Source of the DNA: an uncultured virus (IMG/VR IMGVR_UViG_3300007344_000002)
Taxonomy: Duplodnaviria > Heunggongvirae > Uroviricota > Caudoviricetes
Length of the DNA stretch: 64,000 bases
Strand: one strand, 5' to 3'
Virus record (IMG/VR): IMGVR_UViG_3300007344_000002
Part shown: piece by piece, positions 1-9,980 of the stretch
How positions within the stretch are numbered: the first letter of the stretch is position 1
How the letters are laid out: each line of letters begins with the position of its first letter
Made by a program: the position numbers and the translations under genes
Notes under the pieces: generated by a model
Told to the model about the DNA's origin: nothing
Database searches by the model: none
The model's input: the letters and a program-made list of their open reading frames with translations, nothing else

Positions 1-213
1 AATGTCATAGATTTCAAATTCACTCTTTTGGGTTCTTCTGTCGCAGGGTACACAATAAGAGAAATAGGTATTTTTAATAAAGCATATGACAATGTGGCGG
101 AAACTTCGATAGCAGAATACACTGAAATGCTATCTAGGATTACATTCGATGGAATAGGGCCATTTGCCTCCGGAGAAGAAATTGATTTTTACATTACCAT
201 AGAGGTTGAGTGA
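1..213 (+). CDS. C-terminal part of a tail/baseplate-associated protein (5' truncated)
   Basis: Frame is open from base 1 (NVIDFKFTLLGSS...). The GYTIREIGIF motif resembles tail-collar/fibre proteins, and the gene precedes a fibre-like gene. Confidence 0.45.
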   Translation, partial: NVIDFKFTLLGSSVAGYTIREIGIFNKAYDNVAETSIAEYTEMLSRITFDGIGPFASGEEIDFYITIEVE

Positions 214-1789
214 TATGACAGACAGCAGAAATATAGGACAGTACAGTAGATTCCATTCCAATCCAGCAGGTAGCGGGTTAGTTGATGGTGTAGATTTTCC
301 CCACAGTGGGTTGCTTAAGGCACTATCAGTAGGGTTGCAGAACAGTTATGCTATTCTAAATGGAACTACAGCAGACGCAACTAAGAACTTTAGTATCGTA
401 CAAACAAACTCCAGTGGAAATACGCAATTCGTAGTGAGGGCGGGTACAGTCATTAGAGATGGAAAACTAATGCCAGAAATCGCTACTGCTACTTTCACTC
501 AAGGAACTCCTTCTACCTTCGATGAACCTGCCTCCGGAAACGCATACTTCGTCTTAGTGGTGACTAGTGACTCTACAAATGTATTGGCCATTAGAGGAGA
601 TAAGGCCGATACTGATGTAGTGCCACAACTAACTGCGGGTGATATTCCTGTTGCTATAATCAAATTAGATGCAAGCGGAACTGTAGATGGTAGGTCTATC
701 CAGTATTTGACTACGGCTAAGAGTGAAAATTCAGTGAGTATTGGTTATGATGCTGGAAGTACTACCTACACAGAAACAAGTGCTATTACTGGAACAAGTG
801 CGGGTTTATTTATTTCAGGTATAGGTGACCATACAAGTTCATTAGCAAGTGACGATAAAGTCATTATTCAAGATACTAGTGCTTCCAATGTAATTAAATC
901 AGTCACAGCCGCTTCTATTGCCGCATTAGCCCCACAGGGAGATATTACATCTGTTGTGGCTGGTAGTGCTTTGACAGGTGGAGGAACAACAGGAGATGTT
1001 ACACTAAATGTTGGCGTTGATGATTCTACTATTGAAATTAATTCGAATGCTTTAAGATTAAAGGATGGTGGAGTGACAGTTGGAAAGATGGCCGCTAATT
1101 CTGTCGATTCCGACCAATATGTAGACGGTTCTGTTGACAATATACATTTGGCAACAGGAATAGATGCAGTTAAAATTGCTGATGGTACGGTTACAAGTGA
1201 AGAATTTCAAAGAATAAATACGCTTACTTCAAACGCACAAACACAATTAGACACTAAATTACAAGTGGGACAGTTTAGTATGTGGATTCCAGCAGAAGCA
1301 ATAAGCCCCCAATCAGTAAATCCTTGTGGTAGTTTAACAACAACTGCTAACGCTAACGCTACTCAACCGGATTTTAGAACCTTAGCATTCGACGCAGGTA
1401 CTGATGAATTTGCTCAGTTTTCAATTGCTATGCCAAAAATGTGGAACGAAGGCACAGTTTTATTTACTTTCTATTGGACACATGCTGGTAGTGCAGGTAA
1501 TGATGTAATTTGGACTATTGCTGGAACTTCTGTTTCTAATGATGAAGCCATAGGTGGGGTTATTTTTGGAACTGCTGTTAATTATCAAGATACAGCACTA
1601 ACCGCTAAGGATTTACATATTATCAGTAGCGATACTGCTCTCACTATTGCAGGTTCTCCGGCGGCAGGAGATGTTTGCTTTTTCCAAATATCAAGAGATG
1701 CTAATAATGGTAATGATGATTTCGCTAGTGATGCTTTGCTTATGGGCGTTAAAATGACATATACTGTTGATGGATTAAATGATGCGTGA
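206..1789 (+). CDS. Tail fibre-like virion protein
   Basis: 527 aa, rich in G/S/T/D/A. Contains GDITSVVAGSALTGGGTTGDVTLNV and VTVGKMAANSVDSDQYVDGSVD repeats typical of fibres. Confidence 0.65.
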   Translation: MSDMTDSRNIGQYSRFHSNPAGSGLVDGVDFPHSGLLKALSVGLQNSYAILNGTTADATKNFSIVQTNSSGNTQFVVRAGTVIRDGKLMPEIATATFTQGTPSTFDEPASGNAYFVLVVTSDSTNVLAIRGDKADTDVVPQLTAGDIPVAIIKLDASGTVDGRSIQYLTTAKSENSVSIGYDAGSTTYTETSAITGTSAGLFISGIGDHTSSLASDDKVIIQDTSASNVIKSVTAASIAALAPQGDITSVVAGSALTGGGTTGDVTLNVGVDDSTIEINSNALRLKDGGVTVGKMAANSVDSDQYVDGSVDNIHLATGIDAVKIADGTVTSEEFQRINTLTSNAQTQLDTKLQVGQFSMWIPAEAISPQSVNPCGSLTTTANANATQPDFRTLAFDAGTDEFAQFSIAMPKMWNEGTVLFTFYWTHAGSAGNDVIWTIAGTSVSNDEAIGGVIFGTAVNYQDTALTAKDLHIISSDTALTIAGSPAAGDVCFFQISRDANNGNDDFASDALLMGVKMTYTVDGLNDA

Positions 1790-2796
1790 TTAAGATGTGG
1801 ATAAGTAGAGTATCGGGAATGGGGTCTTATGCGAATAGGACTACCCCTGTAAATGCTAATCTTTATAATTTGGCTTCTGTAAAATCCATTCACCAGACTA
1901 ACTCTAATGATGGCGTTGGAATAAATTTTAATGCTGGTGCGGCTGATTCGGCTTGGATGACAGGTGTTCAAGTAATAGGGACTGACATGTATATTTCAAA
2001 TAGAGGAAATAACAACAGTTTTGATAGCACTAATGTTTTTATTACGAAAATAGCAATAAGTTCTACCGGAAGTGGAAATGCGGTTGCCCAAAATGCCGCA
2101 GGTTTAGGGCTAAACAGTTGTGATGGATTTGGACTTAATGATGATGCCACCAAGATTATACTTGCTGATTTTCATGGGAATCAAATAAGAAGTGGAACGA
2201 TGGATGTTAATTTAGCCATAACTCTCAATGGTAGTGCTTTAAGTGCGGGGGGTGGAGTAAGATTTGCTCGATGGAATAATGACGGTTCTAAGTATTATTT
2301 TGGATATGGTGTATCGGGTGGAAACAGTATAATTAAACAATATACTGCTGGAACTAACTACATAGTGGCTTCCGGTGATAGTGCTGGAACTTCTCAAACT
2401 CTATCAATAGGAGCGGCTAGTGATTTAGTCTTCAATAGTGATGGAAGTAAAATGTATATTCCTGACGCACTAACCGCCGAAGTTTTTGAATATGATTTGT
2501 CTACTCCTTACGATACTTCAACAGAAACATTAGTCACTACTTTAGACATAAGAAATTTCTTTACCAATAGTAGCAGTTCTACTAATACTCCTTGGAGGTC
2601 GGCAAGTAGTAGTAGTAGTACGCCTTGGATTTCAGGTTTGTCTTGGAATGACGATGGAAGCAAATTATATGTCATTAGTTTATGGGGGACTACAATACAA
2701 TCTAAAGTTAGTGGAACGGTTAATCCTTCAACTGTCACAGGAGAAGGCGGAACTAGAACAAATACTATGCCAATAATTGAGTTTAGAGTACAATGA
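1786..2796 (+). CDS. Beta-propeller receptor-binding/tail protein
   Basis: Repeated blades: WNNDGSKYY, FNSDGSKMY, WNDDGSKLY, LNDDATKII. Confidence 0.6.
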   Translation: MIKMWISRVSGMGSYANRTTPVNANLYNLASVKSIHQTNSNDGVGINFNAGAADSAWMTGVQVIGTDMYISNRGNNNSFDSTNVFITKIAISSTGSGNAVAQNAAGLGLNSCDGFGLNDDATKIILADFHGNQIRSGTMDVNLAITLNGSALSAGGGVRFARWNNDGSKYYFGYGVSGGNSIIKQYTAGTNYIVASGDSAGTSQTLSIGAASDLVFNSDGSKMYIPDALTAEVFEYDLSTPYDTSTETLVTTLDIRNFFTNSSSSTNTPWRSASSSSSTPWISGLSWNDDGSKLYVISLWGTTIQSKVSGTVNPSTVTGEGGTRTNTMPIIEFRVQ

Positions 2797-2900
2797 GATT
2801 TAAAGAAACTATAGTAAAAGTTTTGCTTTTTATAATAGCACTATCTTATTTCTTTTTTCTTTGGATAGGGCCTACACTAGTAGGTAATCGCTATTCTTAA
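2793..2900 (+). CDS. Small membrane protein (35 aa)
   Basis: Manual translation gives MRFKETIVKVLLFIIALSYFFFSWIGPTLVGNRYS. ATGA overlap with the upstream stop. Confidence 0.4.
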   Translation: MRFKETIVKVLLFIIALSYFFFLWIGPTLVGNRYS

Positions 2901-2948
2901 AAAAATAGTATTTTTTCCAAATCGTTTTCGGATACCAGAAAAATTCAT

Positions 2949-2998
2949 AAAAAAAATGACCACTCGATTCGCCCAAAATAGAGCGAGCCGAGTGGCCA
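2949..2998 (-). terminator. Hairpin plus T-run between convergent gene arms
   Basis: TGACCACTCG...CGAGTGGCCA stem preceded by an A-run on + (T-run on -), at the convergence point. Confidence 0.5.
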
Positions 2999-3000
2999 AA

Positions 3001-3132
3001 TTATTTCCAAATGTAGCCGCATGAGCGACATTCCCACAACTTTACCTTCTTGTCCGAGCCTAGATAGAAACCCTGTAGCCTAAGTGCAATAGTGGATTCA
3101 CCACATTTAGAACACTTCTGCTTTAGCGTCAT
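3001..3132 (-). CDS. Zinc-ribbon protein, TFS/TFIIS C-terminal-like (43 aa)
   Basis: Manual translation gives MTLKQKCSKCGESTIALRLQGFYLGSDKKVKLWECRSCGYIWK. Confidence 0.5.
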   Translation of the reverse strand: MTLKQKCSKCGESTIALRLQGFYLGSDKKVKLWECRSCGYIWK

Positions 3133-3281
3133 TTCTTTTCTTCTACACTGTCTTTCATCAGCCGTTGCATGTATTCCTCAACGCTTTGTTCTGTTAAGTT
3201 CGAGCCACCAAAAGCGGCAAAGAACAACAGAATTACAACGATAAGGAAGGCAAACAAACCAATCCATTCCCATGTATCCAT
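3129..3281 (-). CDS. Small membrane protein (50 aa)
   Basis: MDTWEWIGLFAFLIVVILLFFAAFGG...; overlaps its neighbours at start and stop codons. Confidence 0.55.
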   Translation of the reverse strand: MDTWEWIGLFAFLIVVILLFFAAFGGSNLTEQSVEEYMQRLMKDSVEEKK

Positions 3282-3892
3282 CACCAATCAACCTCCATAT
3301 CTAAAAATTCTTCTTTCTCTATTGAGAACGCTTTGACTAAGCCATTCTCTTGACCATACTTCCAAAGGTCATATACGATTTGAGTATCTTTCATACAGTA
3401 CTCTACAACCTCTTCATATCTACCCATCTTCCAAAGTTTAGGTGCTTCTGCACTCTCCATCAACTTATCTTGTTTTAGAGTATTTTCCGCCAAGTTCTGT
3501 AACTTGAATCTCTCTCCAAAACTGCTAGTCAAGTATCGGCTGGTATCAATATACTGCTTATTATCCAAATACTTTCTAACACAGTATATGTCCAAAGAGT
3601 TCTTCAAAATAGGCAAATCGAAAGCCCCAATATTATGACCCAACAAACGACCACCTTTTTCTAAATGGCTTTCTAAGTCATACTTTAACTCGGACATATC
3701 CTTCACGCTAAATCCAGACTTAGTTAGTGTGTCTACGCTCTCTCCTACTTCTTCTTTAGAGAGATAGACTGTACCATTTGACCCGTCCCAAGTCGCTACA
3801 GTAGACACTTGGAACATGTGAGTATTACCAAACCCACCTATCTCATGGGACATATTCTTAGTTTCTATGTCCAACGCTAGCACACTAGACAT
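3281..3892 (-). CDS. DEDD 3'-5' exonuclease (RNase H-like, YprB-like)
   Basis: ExoI LALDIET, ExoII GHNIGAFDLP, ExoIII YCMKDT. Start moved to MSSVLALD. Confidence 0.8.
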   Translation of the reverse strand: MSSVLALDIETKNMSHEIGGFGNTHMFQVSTVATWDGSNGTVYLSKEEVGESVDTLTKSGFSVKDMSELKYDLESHLEKGGRLLGHNIGAFDLPILKNSLDIYCVRKYLDNKQYIDTSRYLTSSFGERFKLQNLAENTLKQDKLMESAEAPKLWKMGRYEEVVEYCMKDTQIVYDLWKYGQENGLVKAFSIEKEEFLDMEVDW

Positions 3893-3896
3893 GGAA

Positions 3897-4130
3897 TCAC
3901 TTACCGCCATCAGTAGCCCAAAGTTTGTTGATTTTTTCCGTAGTAGGGTCAGCCTTAGTTTCTTCTTCACCAATGCTTCTCTTTAGGAAAGCAACAATGT
4001 TCATATTCCCTACAGTAATCATTGTAGAGCATTCCCATCCTTCTTCGCCGTATGTGTTCAACGCTTCAATAATAACTTTCGGTCCCTTTGTCACATCGAA
4101 AACGATGAATGTATTTTCGTATTTTTTCAT
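3897..4130 (-). CDS. Small protein, DUF4177-like
   Basis: ALNTYGEEGWE...FLKR motif. Confidence 0.5.
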   Translation of the reverse strand: MKKYENTFIVFDVTKGPKVIIEALNTYGEEGWECSTMITVGNMNIVAFLKRSIGEEETKADPTTEKINKLWATDGGK

Positions 4131-5710
4131 TTTCTTTCACCTTCTTTTTTTAATCTAACGAATACTGCTCGGTTGTCTTTTGTTTCCTCAAAATATCCTT
4201 CGACTTTATCCCAATGATTGTACCCTGTTGCTGGACTTACATTTTTTGTAGTTCGGTAGTTCTCCATCATAGATTTCTTTGGAACCCAACCGTCTACATC
4301 ATTGATTCTACGAACTTGAGTTTTCTTCAAATTTTCATAGACTTCTAAATATCCCGCTCCAATCGTTTTTGCCATACCGGACTTAGTGACCCGTAGGCTT
4401 TGAGCAAACCACGAAATCAATGATTTATAGCAGTTGCGGATAATAAAAGCAGATTGATTAACATTTCTAGCAGTGACTATAAACTGTTTCTTAGGGTCTT
4501 TTATGTCCTTAGCCTCCACTACAGAACATAGGTAGGCAATCCTACCCATCATTATGTTCATCCTTGTTAAGAAGGTTCTAGCGGCCTCTCTAGTCAACCC
4601 TTCTTCTGCCTTTACCATTCTTCTCAAGTCGTGCATTCTTAGCCGCATAGCATCTCTAAAGTCTGCTCCTCTTCTAATTACCTTAGTAGGGTTGGGGGCT
4701 TCTATTTCATTCCCTTGTTCGTCGTACTTAGCAGTTGAGAGATAACGGGCTTGAGTTAATTTGTAAATCTCGAATAGTTCTTCTGTGTATTTCTCAATAG
4801 GAAGGTTCACATCTTCAAATGTTCCGAAGTTATCAACAATCATCTCATCAATTTCATCCTTAATATATTCGGGTACTTTCCAAATATAGACCGTCGCTCT
4901 TTGGAATAGTCCGGTTTCTGTAATTGCTTTATCTAGTTCATCGGGTGGGAAAGTAGTTGCCATAATAGAACGCTCGGAATGGCATTCTACTACTGGACCT
5001 TCCTTCAACTTCTTAGTAATTACTTGAGAGGAGCCACCAATAGAATTCATTAGAGTGTTCAAATAAGTGACAATTGAATTCTTGTGTTGTGTCTTACTGA
5101 AAACTCCGGAATTAGTGAACTCATCCCATCGGGCTAAACCGTGTCCATCTAAAGAACCCTTGACAGGTTCCCATACTTCATCTCCAACTTCAACATCTAC
5201 ATTTTCTTCTGCAAAGGTTTCGTTAGCAATTACTATTTTTTGGTATCCAATCAAAGCCGCATCAGTGTACTCAACAACTTCAAAGTTATCAAATTGCTCT
5301 AGTTTATCGTGCGGTCCTATGTACTTGTGTTCCCTGTAATTATGATGTGCGTTAATCTTATCCCATAGCCCCTTTGAAACAGGAATTACAAAATTCATCA
5401 ATTCACTCTTTCCCGTACCGGAGGTTTGAATCCAAATGAAATGTACTCTAGAATCTATGATAGAGGATTTAATTGGTATCCTAACAAAGCCTTTGCACAT
5501 TTGCCCGACTAGAACTAAGGCAGTCATGGCCGCAGGTATTTCATTGTAGTGAGAAACATTGGTTGCTTCTTTTACCCATCCTTCTAAGAATTTAGGTAAT
5601 TTAGTATCTCCTATAATTCTATCCGGCTGTTCTCTCGCTTCTTCCGTAGGAAGGGCGTGTAATTCTTCGTCTTCGTATTCGGGTGTTGTCACCCAATCTT
5701 CATCATTCAT
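4127..5710 (-). CDS. Divergent MCM-like AAA+ ATPase, putative replicative helicase
   Basis: Walker A QTSGTGKSELM, Walker B WDEFT, sensor-1-like SIMATTFP, Arg-finger-like GLFQR. Lies in the replication cluster. Confidence 0.6.
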   Translation of the reverse strand: MNDEDWVTTPEYEDEELHALPTEEAREQPDRIIGDTKLPKFLEGWVKEATNVSHYNEIPAAMTALVLVGQMCKGFVRIPIKSSIIDSRVHFIWIQTSGTGKSELMNFVIPVSKGLWDKINAHHNYREHKYIGPHDKLEQFDNFEVVEYTDAALIGYQKIVIANETFAEENVDVEVGDEVWEPVKGSLDGHGLARWDEFTNSGVFSKTQHKNSIVTYLNTLMNSIGGSSQVITKKLKEGPVVECHSERSIMATTFPPDELDKAITETGLFQRATVYIWKVPEYIKDEIDEMIVDNFGTFEDVNLPIEKYTEELFEIYKLTQARYLSTAKYDEQGNEIEAPNPTKVIRRGADFRDAMRLRMHDLRRMVKAEEGLTREAARTFLTRMNIMMGRIAYLCSVVEAKDIKDPKKQFIVTARNVNQSAFIIRNCYKSLISWFAQSLRVTKSGMAKTIGAGYLEVYENLKKTQVRRINDVDGWVPKKSMMENYRTTKNVSPATGYNHWDKVEGYFEETKDNRAVFVRLKKEGERK

Positions 5711-6402
5711 ATTGTCACCTTATCTTCTGTGTTTAGGACTTCAAGTACTCTTTCAGCAAGGGTAGTCCCAAATCCCTCTACTGCTTTTATCTCGGATAGT
5801 TTGGCATAGGAAATTTCAACAACAGAGCCAAATTTCTTCAAAAGGGCTTTGGCTTTCTTGACTGAAATTCCTTTAATCGAAGTCAGTACATCGACTCTCA
5901 TATCATCAGTTGCTATCCTTTTTATCAACTGAGGATTCAACGAGGGTCTTTCTATTGGCTTCATTTTACAAATAGTTGTGATTATCAAAGATGCTTCTAT
6001 TTCACTAGGAACCCAAAAGGCTCTTGTGTCTGTATCTAAGGTAATCCTACCTATTGCTCCTAAGAATCGCCTTCTTAGATTGTGTTTGCTGAATACAAAA
6101 TTAGTATTCTTAGAGTTATCTATTAGGGATTGAATATCTTTTTCTAAATCACCATAAATAATTACTATGTTATGTTTGTAATGGCGGTCCATATTATCTA
6201 TTTGAGTCCAAATTCTTTTGTTTAGAATAGACTGAATAAAGTCTAGACAAGATTTTGCTTCAAAACAAACATCGTCAAATACATAGTCCCCTACTTCTAT
6301 CCACTTTTTCTCATTTGATATTCCTAGGGCCTCGGCTTTCTTGATAACTAAATCGACTAATTTAGAACCCTTTCTTTCCCTACTATCAATTGTCAACATC
6401 AT
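5707..6402 (-). CDS. ERCC4/XPF (Hef-like) structure-specific nuclease with HhH domain
   Basis: IDSRE, VGDYV, FEAKS..DF; C-terminal IKGIS...VEGFG HhH pair. Confidence 0.85.
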   Translation of the reverse strand: MMLTIDSRERKGSKLVDLVIKKAEALGISNEKKWIEVGDYVFDDVCFEAKSCLDFIQSILNKRIWTQIDNMDRHYKHNIVIIYGDLEKDIQSLIDNSKNTNFVFSKHNLRRRFLGAIGRITLDTDTRAFWVPSEIEASLIITTICKMKPIERPSLNPQLIKRIATDDMRVDVLTSIKGISVKKAKALLKKFGSVVEISYAKLSEIKAVEGFGTTLAERVLEVLNTEDKVTI

Positions 6403-6743
6403 TCCAACTCCAACTTTTGTTGCTTAGAGTCTTCGTTTATAGATGTGGTGAGAACTTTAGTTTCTTTATCCGAGTATCCCCAAACATAGTCTATGAAATC
6501 AAAGAGCAACCAATCCGGCCACTCTTTGGGATATTCATTTCCTTCATCATTCCACTTCTTAGGAGAGAACTCAAAAGACCCCATCATCCTACTTTTAAAT
6601 CTCCAAAAGACTTGTCTTCCTTCCATTCTAACTTCCCATCTCCAAGCAGATAAAATAAGTGGAGCAGGTTCTTCCTGTTCTCCTTCATCGTAATAAGCAG
6701 GGCCATATATCATTTGATTCCATTTTACATCATCGTATTTCAT
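6399..6743 (-). CDS. Hypothetical Trp-rich protein
   Basis: Operonic ORF coupled to its neighbours. Confidence 0.5.
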   Translation of the reverse strand: MKYDDVKWNQMIYGPAYYDEGEQEEPAPLILSAWRWEVRMEGRQVFWRFKSRMMGSFEFSPKKWNDEGNEYPKEWPDWLLFDFIDYVWGYSDKETKVLTTSINEDSKQQKLELE

Positions 6744-7789
6744 TTCTTTTCCTCCAAATAGTCGGGGTATCTCCAACATTTACCAGCACAATACCCTTCG
6801 GGTATTAACTTGGTTTTACAGTTGGGAGTATTGTAATTACCATATACGGTAAATTTTGCATGTTTTCTTGTTGTCGCCTTATCCCAATCAAGCCAAACTT
6901 CATCGGAACTAGTAGCAATCTTTTCTATCTCATCTACAATAGTATTGAGTATTGATTCTTTTTGTTTTTGGTCTTTCAAATCTTGTCTTCCTGTTAGTAA
7001 ATCTCGGAACCAAGATACCAAATAAACTCTAGCCATGTGCGAAGGGTTCTCAACCATTATGGCATTGTAAATGCAGGGGAGAACAGGGAGCGAACCCTCA
7101 ACGACTACAGGCTCAATTTCCCCTTCGACTTCATCAATGGGGGGTGCGGAAGGCCATACTGCTAACTTGCTACCGGAGAACTTCATAGGGACAAGACGAG
7201 GGGCCATAGCCAAATCTAGTATGTGGTCGATTCCCTTCTCTATATCTTCTTCAAAAATTGGAATGCAATAGTAGGGTATGCCGTGTCCATTGTCGCTGGC
7301 TAGATTTACAGTATTTGGTACTCTTCTTAGTCTAGTAGTTTGACCTACTCTTTCATCTAAGGTTAGTGAATAAGGTTTTTGTTTTTGTAAGTAATCTCTT
7401 ACTTCTCTAAAATAAAACTGTAGGTTTCTTGGTTCATCGGTCACTTCTCCAAAGACAAACAAGTGGAACCCTCTTCCGGAAAAGAAGATAGTGTGTTTGG
7501 TGTCGCCAATGTACCTCAAAGTATCTTTTAAATCTGCATAAGCATACCAAATACCATCTTCTCCATGAGCATCAAAGTCAAAGAATACTCTATCTAAGAT
7601 AACAGAAGATTCCACCTTTGCTGTTTCTGCGAACTTAGCAAAGTCGTAGACTGTAGTGTAGACATTGGTTCTATTATTGTGACTTCTCACAAATTCAATG
7701 TAGTCACTCTTCTTCTGTACTACTCTTCTCTTCATCTGTGGGGCGTTCTTGATGTGACTTCCCGCCCACACTTCTCTCGGATATTTCAT
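6740..7789 (-). CDS. Archaeo-eukaryotic primase, PriS catalytic domain fused to a PriL C-terminal Fe-S domain
   Basis: Catalytic motifs FFDFD, FSGRGFH and RLRRVPNT, followed by LPC...HMARVYL...PNC...GYC..KC (PriL-CTD cysteines). Confidence 0.8.
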   Translation of the reverse strand: MKYPREVWAGSHIKNAPQMKRRVVQKKSDYIEFVRSHNNRTNVYTTVYDFAKFAETAKVESSVILDRVFFDFDAHGEDGIWYAYADLKDTLRYIGDTKHTIFFSGRGFHLFVFGEVTDEPRNLQFYFREVRDYLQKQKPYSLTLDERVGQTTRLRRVPNTVNLASDNGHGIPYYCIPIFEEDIEKGIDHILDLAMAPRLVPMKFSGSKLAVWPSAPPIDEVEGEIEPVVVEGSLPVLPCIYNAIMVENPSHMARVYLVSWFRDLLTGRQDLKDQKQKESILNTIVDEIEKIATSSDEVWLDWDKATTRKHAKFTVYGNYNTPNCKTKLIPEGYCAGKCWRYPDYLEEKK

Positions 7790-8069
7790 TTTTATTTCCT
7801 CCAAAATCAATCTTTGCTGTTTCTAGCATTTTAGTAAAAACTTCTGCAATCATTCCAGTCAATTCTATTTTAACTGCTTTCTTCATACTCTCTTCATAGG
7901 TTTTAGAAGGATAAACTTCCGCATCTCTAACTAAAGAAAACCTTTCCATTAAATTCATTTCATGGTAAATTTCGTCACCTAGTGCAGAAATAGTACTTCT
8001 TAAATTAGAGAGTTCCGAGAACGACCAATCTCTATTTCTAACAATAATTTCTATATCTTCTTCATTCAT
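7704..8069 (-). CDS. Hypothetical protein
   Basis: 121-aa ORF within the operon. Confidence 0.45.
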   Translation of the reverse strand: MNEEDIEIIVRNRDWSFSELSNLRSTISALGDEIYHEMNLMERFSLVRDAEVYPSKTYEESMKKAVKIELTGMIAEVFTKMLETAKIDFGGNKNEISERSVGGKSHQERPTDEEKSSTEEE

Positions 8070-8174
8070 CTAATCTCTCCAAACGGTTTAGTAATGGCAT
8101 TGCGTATTGCGTATATCCTAACGAATGCAAAATAGTAATTGCATCTAAAGCAACCTTCTTCACATTATCGTTCA

Positions 8175-9092
8175 TCATAGCCACCCACTATCTTGTGCCG
8201 CATCACAAAGACCAAAGAAGGAACAGTGTGTGCAAGTCTTGTAGTAAAACTTAGTCTCAAATATTTTTTGCTCGTAAGCGTGAATCAACTTAGCAATGTT
8301 TTTCATAACTCCATTTACATTATTCACACGGTATCTACTAGTAGCGTCTTCGCAATGGAAATGATTGGAGATTGGATAATACCAAGCCCAATGACTAACG
8401 GGAATGTTAGGTTCTAATCCAGCATTTTTCAAAACCAAGTCACTAGAGTTTTCAATTAGAATCTTGTAGAATGCCATTTCCTTTCTCATAGAGGTCGCTT
8501 TGTAATCCTTCCAAGGTCCGGTCTTGAATTCCATAGGAATGTAGCCGCCGTCTTCCAAAAATATCCTATCAATAATACCTTGTAGATGGACAACATAATC
8601 TCTACTAAGTAGGTAGTCGGGGTTTTGGTCTGCACGAATTACAATCTCACAATCGAATTTACCTTCATTACAAGCAGGTAAAAATTCGTTTAGTTTTTCG
8701 TCACTTCTAGCATCTACAAATCGCTGTGCTTCAAATGCAATAATAGTTTGGTAGTCGTCAAAGTAATCATCTACAGGGAAGAGAGTAGCGCAGTAGTCTA
8801 GCACTTCACTATGGGACATATCTTCTGCCTTCTTAATGTCGAAGTCGTTAAAGAAGTCCTCTCTAGCATTGTGCATGACAGTACCCTTTCTCATTGCTTC
8901 TGTTTGGTCTTGAGGTAGCCTCTTGACATAACTGAATTCGTACTTCTTTGGACACCAATCGAATGTTCCAAGAGAAGACTTACTTATCTTCAAGATAGGT
9001 TCGGTTGGGTCGTCGGAGTTTTCCGGCAAAAACTGATAAGTGTATTCTGCCATCGCTTCTATTTCTATTTCGTATTCTGTTTTTTCGGTCAT
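8175..9092 (-). CDS. Cas4-like PD-(D/E)xK exonuclease with Fe-S cysteines
   Basis: WCPKKY, GIIDRI, EFKTG, CTHC...LC. Confidence 0.8.
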   Translation of the reverse strand: MTEKTEYEIEIEAMAEYTYQFLPENSDDPTEPILKISKSSLGTFDWCPKKYEFSYVKRLPQDQTEAMRKGTVMHNAREDFFNDFDIKKAEDMSHSEVLDYCATLFPVDDYFDDYQTIIAFEAQRFVDARSDEKLNEFLPACNEGKFDCEIVIRADQNPDYLLSRDYVVHLQGIIDRIFLEDGGYIPMEFKTGPWKDYKATSMRKEMAFYKILIENSSDLVLKNAGLEPNIPVSHWAWYYPISNHFHCEDATSRYRVNNVNGVMKNIAKLIHAYEQKIFETKFYYKTCTHCSFFGLCDAAQDSGWL

Positions 9093-9094
9093 AA

Positions 9095-9979
9095 TTACCA
9101 CCACTCGTCAAAGTTTCTATGCTGTACTTTTATTTGTTTAGTATTCCAACCCATAGCATCGAAAATGGGCTGGACTTTACTCACTACTTGTTCGGCGTAG
9201 TGGGGCCAATCGGGTTCAAAACCCTCTATCTCGGAAAAAGTATTTCCGGAAACATAAGTTGCTTCCTTACGAACCCCGCTTAGTGGGTCAGTAAAGAAAC
9301 CGCTTGGTCTTATTCTTAGGAAGACATAAGAATCTTCAAAGGTAATATTTCTTTCTTGCATAGAGTACAACACTCCTACAATTCCTTCGCTAATTGTTGG
9401 TTTCTTTCCCTTAGTTGTTAAGAAAGTAGATGGGTGCTTGGCACACTTGCTACAATAGAACTCACCATCAGTCCAAGAAATTTCCCTAATGTCGTACTTC
9501 TTATTACAGGTACACTTGACTAGAAATCTCTCTTTCTTTAGTCTAGTTCTTTTTGCCACTTCTTGGTAATCAAGTTCACCATTCAGTACTTTCATGTAGA
9601 CAGACTTAGCATAATCGACTATTTCTTTTTCCGATTTACCGGAAACCCACATATTGAGTGCCACTGTTTGAACTTCCTTTGCCATTGTTGTTTCGGAAAT
9701 TCTCTTAGAAGTAAATCCTGTTAGGGTAAATTTAGGCTCATCTAACCAAACTCCATCTTCCCAAGAAATCAATCCAGCGTTTCTATTCTTTGTAATTCCT
9801 ACACCCAACGATTCAAAGTATTTTTCAAACTCTAGAATAACAGGGTGTTCTTCTAGTCCTAGTAAATTAGGAAAGATAGTTCTAACTTCTTCATTTATTT
9901 TTTCAAGAGATGAAAAGGCCGACTCTATAGAATCTACCTTGACATAGATTGAGTCTGTGTGTCCATAAACTACTTCCAT
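9095..9979 (-). CDS. polB: Family B DNA polymerase, C-terminal half (motif C and thumb)
   Basis: MEVVYGHTDSIYV, KNRNAG. GGAGGTGA RBS just upstream of the ATG at 9979. Confidence 0.85.
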   Translation of the reverse strand: MEVVYGHTDSIYVKVDSIESAFSSLEKINEEVRTIFPNLLGLEEHPVILEFEKYFESLGVGITKNRNAGLISWEDGVWLDEPKFTLTGFTSKRISETTMAKEVQTVALNMWVSGKSEKEIVDYAKSVYMKVLNGELDYQEVAKRTRLKKERFLVKCTCNKKYDIREISWTDGEFYCSKCAKHPSTFLTTKGKKPTISEGIVGVLYSMQERNITFEDSYVFLRIRPSGFFTDPLSGVRKEATYVSGNTFSEIEGFEPDWPHYAEQVVSKVQPIFDAMGWNTKQIKVQHRNFDEWW

Positions 9980-9980
9980 A

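Noticed and set aside
8175..9092. Cas4-like gene as evidence of a CRISPR-Cas system
   Set aside because: It is a solo nuclease in a replication operon, with no cas1/cas2 or array. This is common in archaeal viruses.
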